A stretch of 32,000 nt of DNA from the NCBI RefSeq assembly GCF_000306885.1, contig NC_018267.1:150001-182000 (forward strand), read 5' to 3'. Of this stretch, positions 31,191-32,000 are shown in pieces (position 1 is the first letter of the stretch; every line of letters begins with the position of its first letter). A program made the position numbers and the translations under genes. The notes under the pieces are model-generated. The model had not been told where the DNA came from. It ran no database searches and was given only the letters and a program-made list of their open reading frames with translations. Source of the stretch: Wolbachia endosymbiont of Onchocerca ochengi (GTDB lineage Bacteria; Pseudomonadota; Alphaproteobacteria; Rickettsiales; Anaplasmataceae).

Positions 31191-31979
31191 ATGTCTTTAA
31201 ACCCAGTAATTTTCAGAATTGGTTCTATCTCTATATATTGGTATTCTCTAGCATATGTTCTTGGTATAGTATTTGCACACTGGTATTTATATAAGCTAGA
31301 TAACCAAAAGGTATTTACCAAAAACTTTCACAACTCATTATTAACAGCAACTATCATAGGAGTTATCCTTGGAGGAAGGCTTGGTTACATATTGATATAT
31401 GATTTAAGTTATTATGTAAGCAACCCTATTGAGATATTAAAAACCTGGAAAGGAGGTATGTCGTTCCACGGTGGTGCCATAGGAGTTTTTCTTGCGGTAA
31501 TAATTTTGTGTAAAAGATATAACATTCCCATATTTTATACATTGGATCTAATTTCCTGCGGAGTCCCTGTAGGTTTATTTTTAGGTCGTATAGGCAATTT
31601 TATAAATGGAGAGCTATTTGGCAGAACTACGACTATACCATGGGGTATAATATTTCCAGAAAGCGATAATTTACCGCGTCATCCGAGCCAAATTTATGAG
31701 GCATTTTTTGAAGGATTACTGCTTTTCATAGCTATGAATCTACTGTTTTTCTTGACTAGAATAAGACTATATTGTGGTGTGTTAACTAGCATCGCAGCTA
31801 TGTGGTACGGAATAGCACGTTTTATAGTTGAGTTTTTCCGTGAGCCAGATTATCAAGTCGGCTACTTATGGCTTGGTTTAACCATGGGACAGTTACTTTC
31901 AGTACCCATGATTTTGCTGGGAACAATCTTACTTTTGAGTGCGCTAAATTTGAAATTTACGAGCATAGAAAAAAGGTAA
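31191..31979 (+). CDS. lgt: prolipoprotein diacylglyceryl transferase
   Basis: I.IYWYSLAY..G........., GGRLGY, W.GGMSFHGG, GR.GNFINGEL.GR.T..PWG..FP........RHPSQ.YEA..EG are Lgt signature blocks. Confidence 0.95.
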   Translation: MSLNPVIFRIGSISIYWYSLAYVLGIVFAHWYLYKLDNQKVFTKNFHNSLLTATIIGVILGGRLGYILIYDLSYYVSNPIEILKTWKGGMSFHGGAIGVFLAVIILCKRYNIPIFYTLDLISCGVPVGLFLGRIGNFINGELFGRTTTIPWGIIFPESDNLPRHPSQIYEAFFEGLLLFIAMNLLFFLTRIRLYCGVLTSIAAMWYGIARFIVEFFREPDYQVGYLWLGLTMGQLLSVPMILLGTILLLSALNLKFTSIEKR

Positions 31980-32000
31980 ACTTGACTAGAAAACATTTTC

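Overview
AT-rich, gene-sparse chromosomal segment that looks like an obligate intracellular alphaproteobacterium of the Anaplasmataceae. Gene content, and a coding fraction of roughly 62% obtained by summing my calls, are reminiscent of Ehrlichia, especially E. ruminantium; this is inference only. The intact genes are housekeeping: the rpoC 3' end, map, a csp plus DEAD-box helicase pair, pmbA, atpG, mutL, purE, a small XRE regulator, rpoZ, a five-gene Mrp/Mnh antiporter module, rpoD, a large AsmA-like protein, tRNA-His, pth, rplY, pheS, cvpA, smpB and lgt. I saw no CRISPR array, transposase, integrase or phage gene. The interest lies in the long spacers of 0.6 to 2.4 kb. Two of them hold recognisable fossils of cell-envelope precursor genes: glmU at 25375-26520 and murJ/mviN at 20287-21274. 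The DEAD-box helicase carries an in-frame TGA exactly at the second arginine of motif VI, and conserved sequence continues after it. A non-coding element of about 180-390 bp occurs at least twice in direct orientation, at 1.7 kb and 16.9 kb, with a possible third partial copy. A perfect 16-bp inverted repeat sits on the putative promoter of the XRE gene. All homology statements come from by-eye comparison with remembered family consensus or E. coli sequences, not from database searches.
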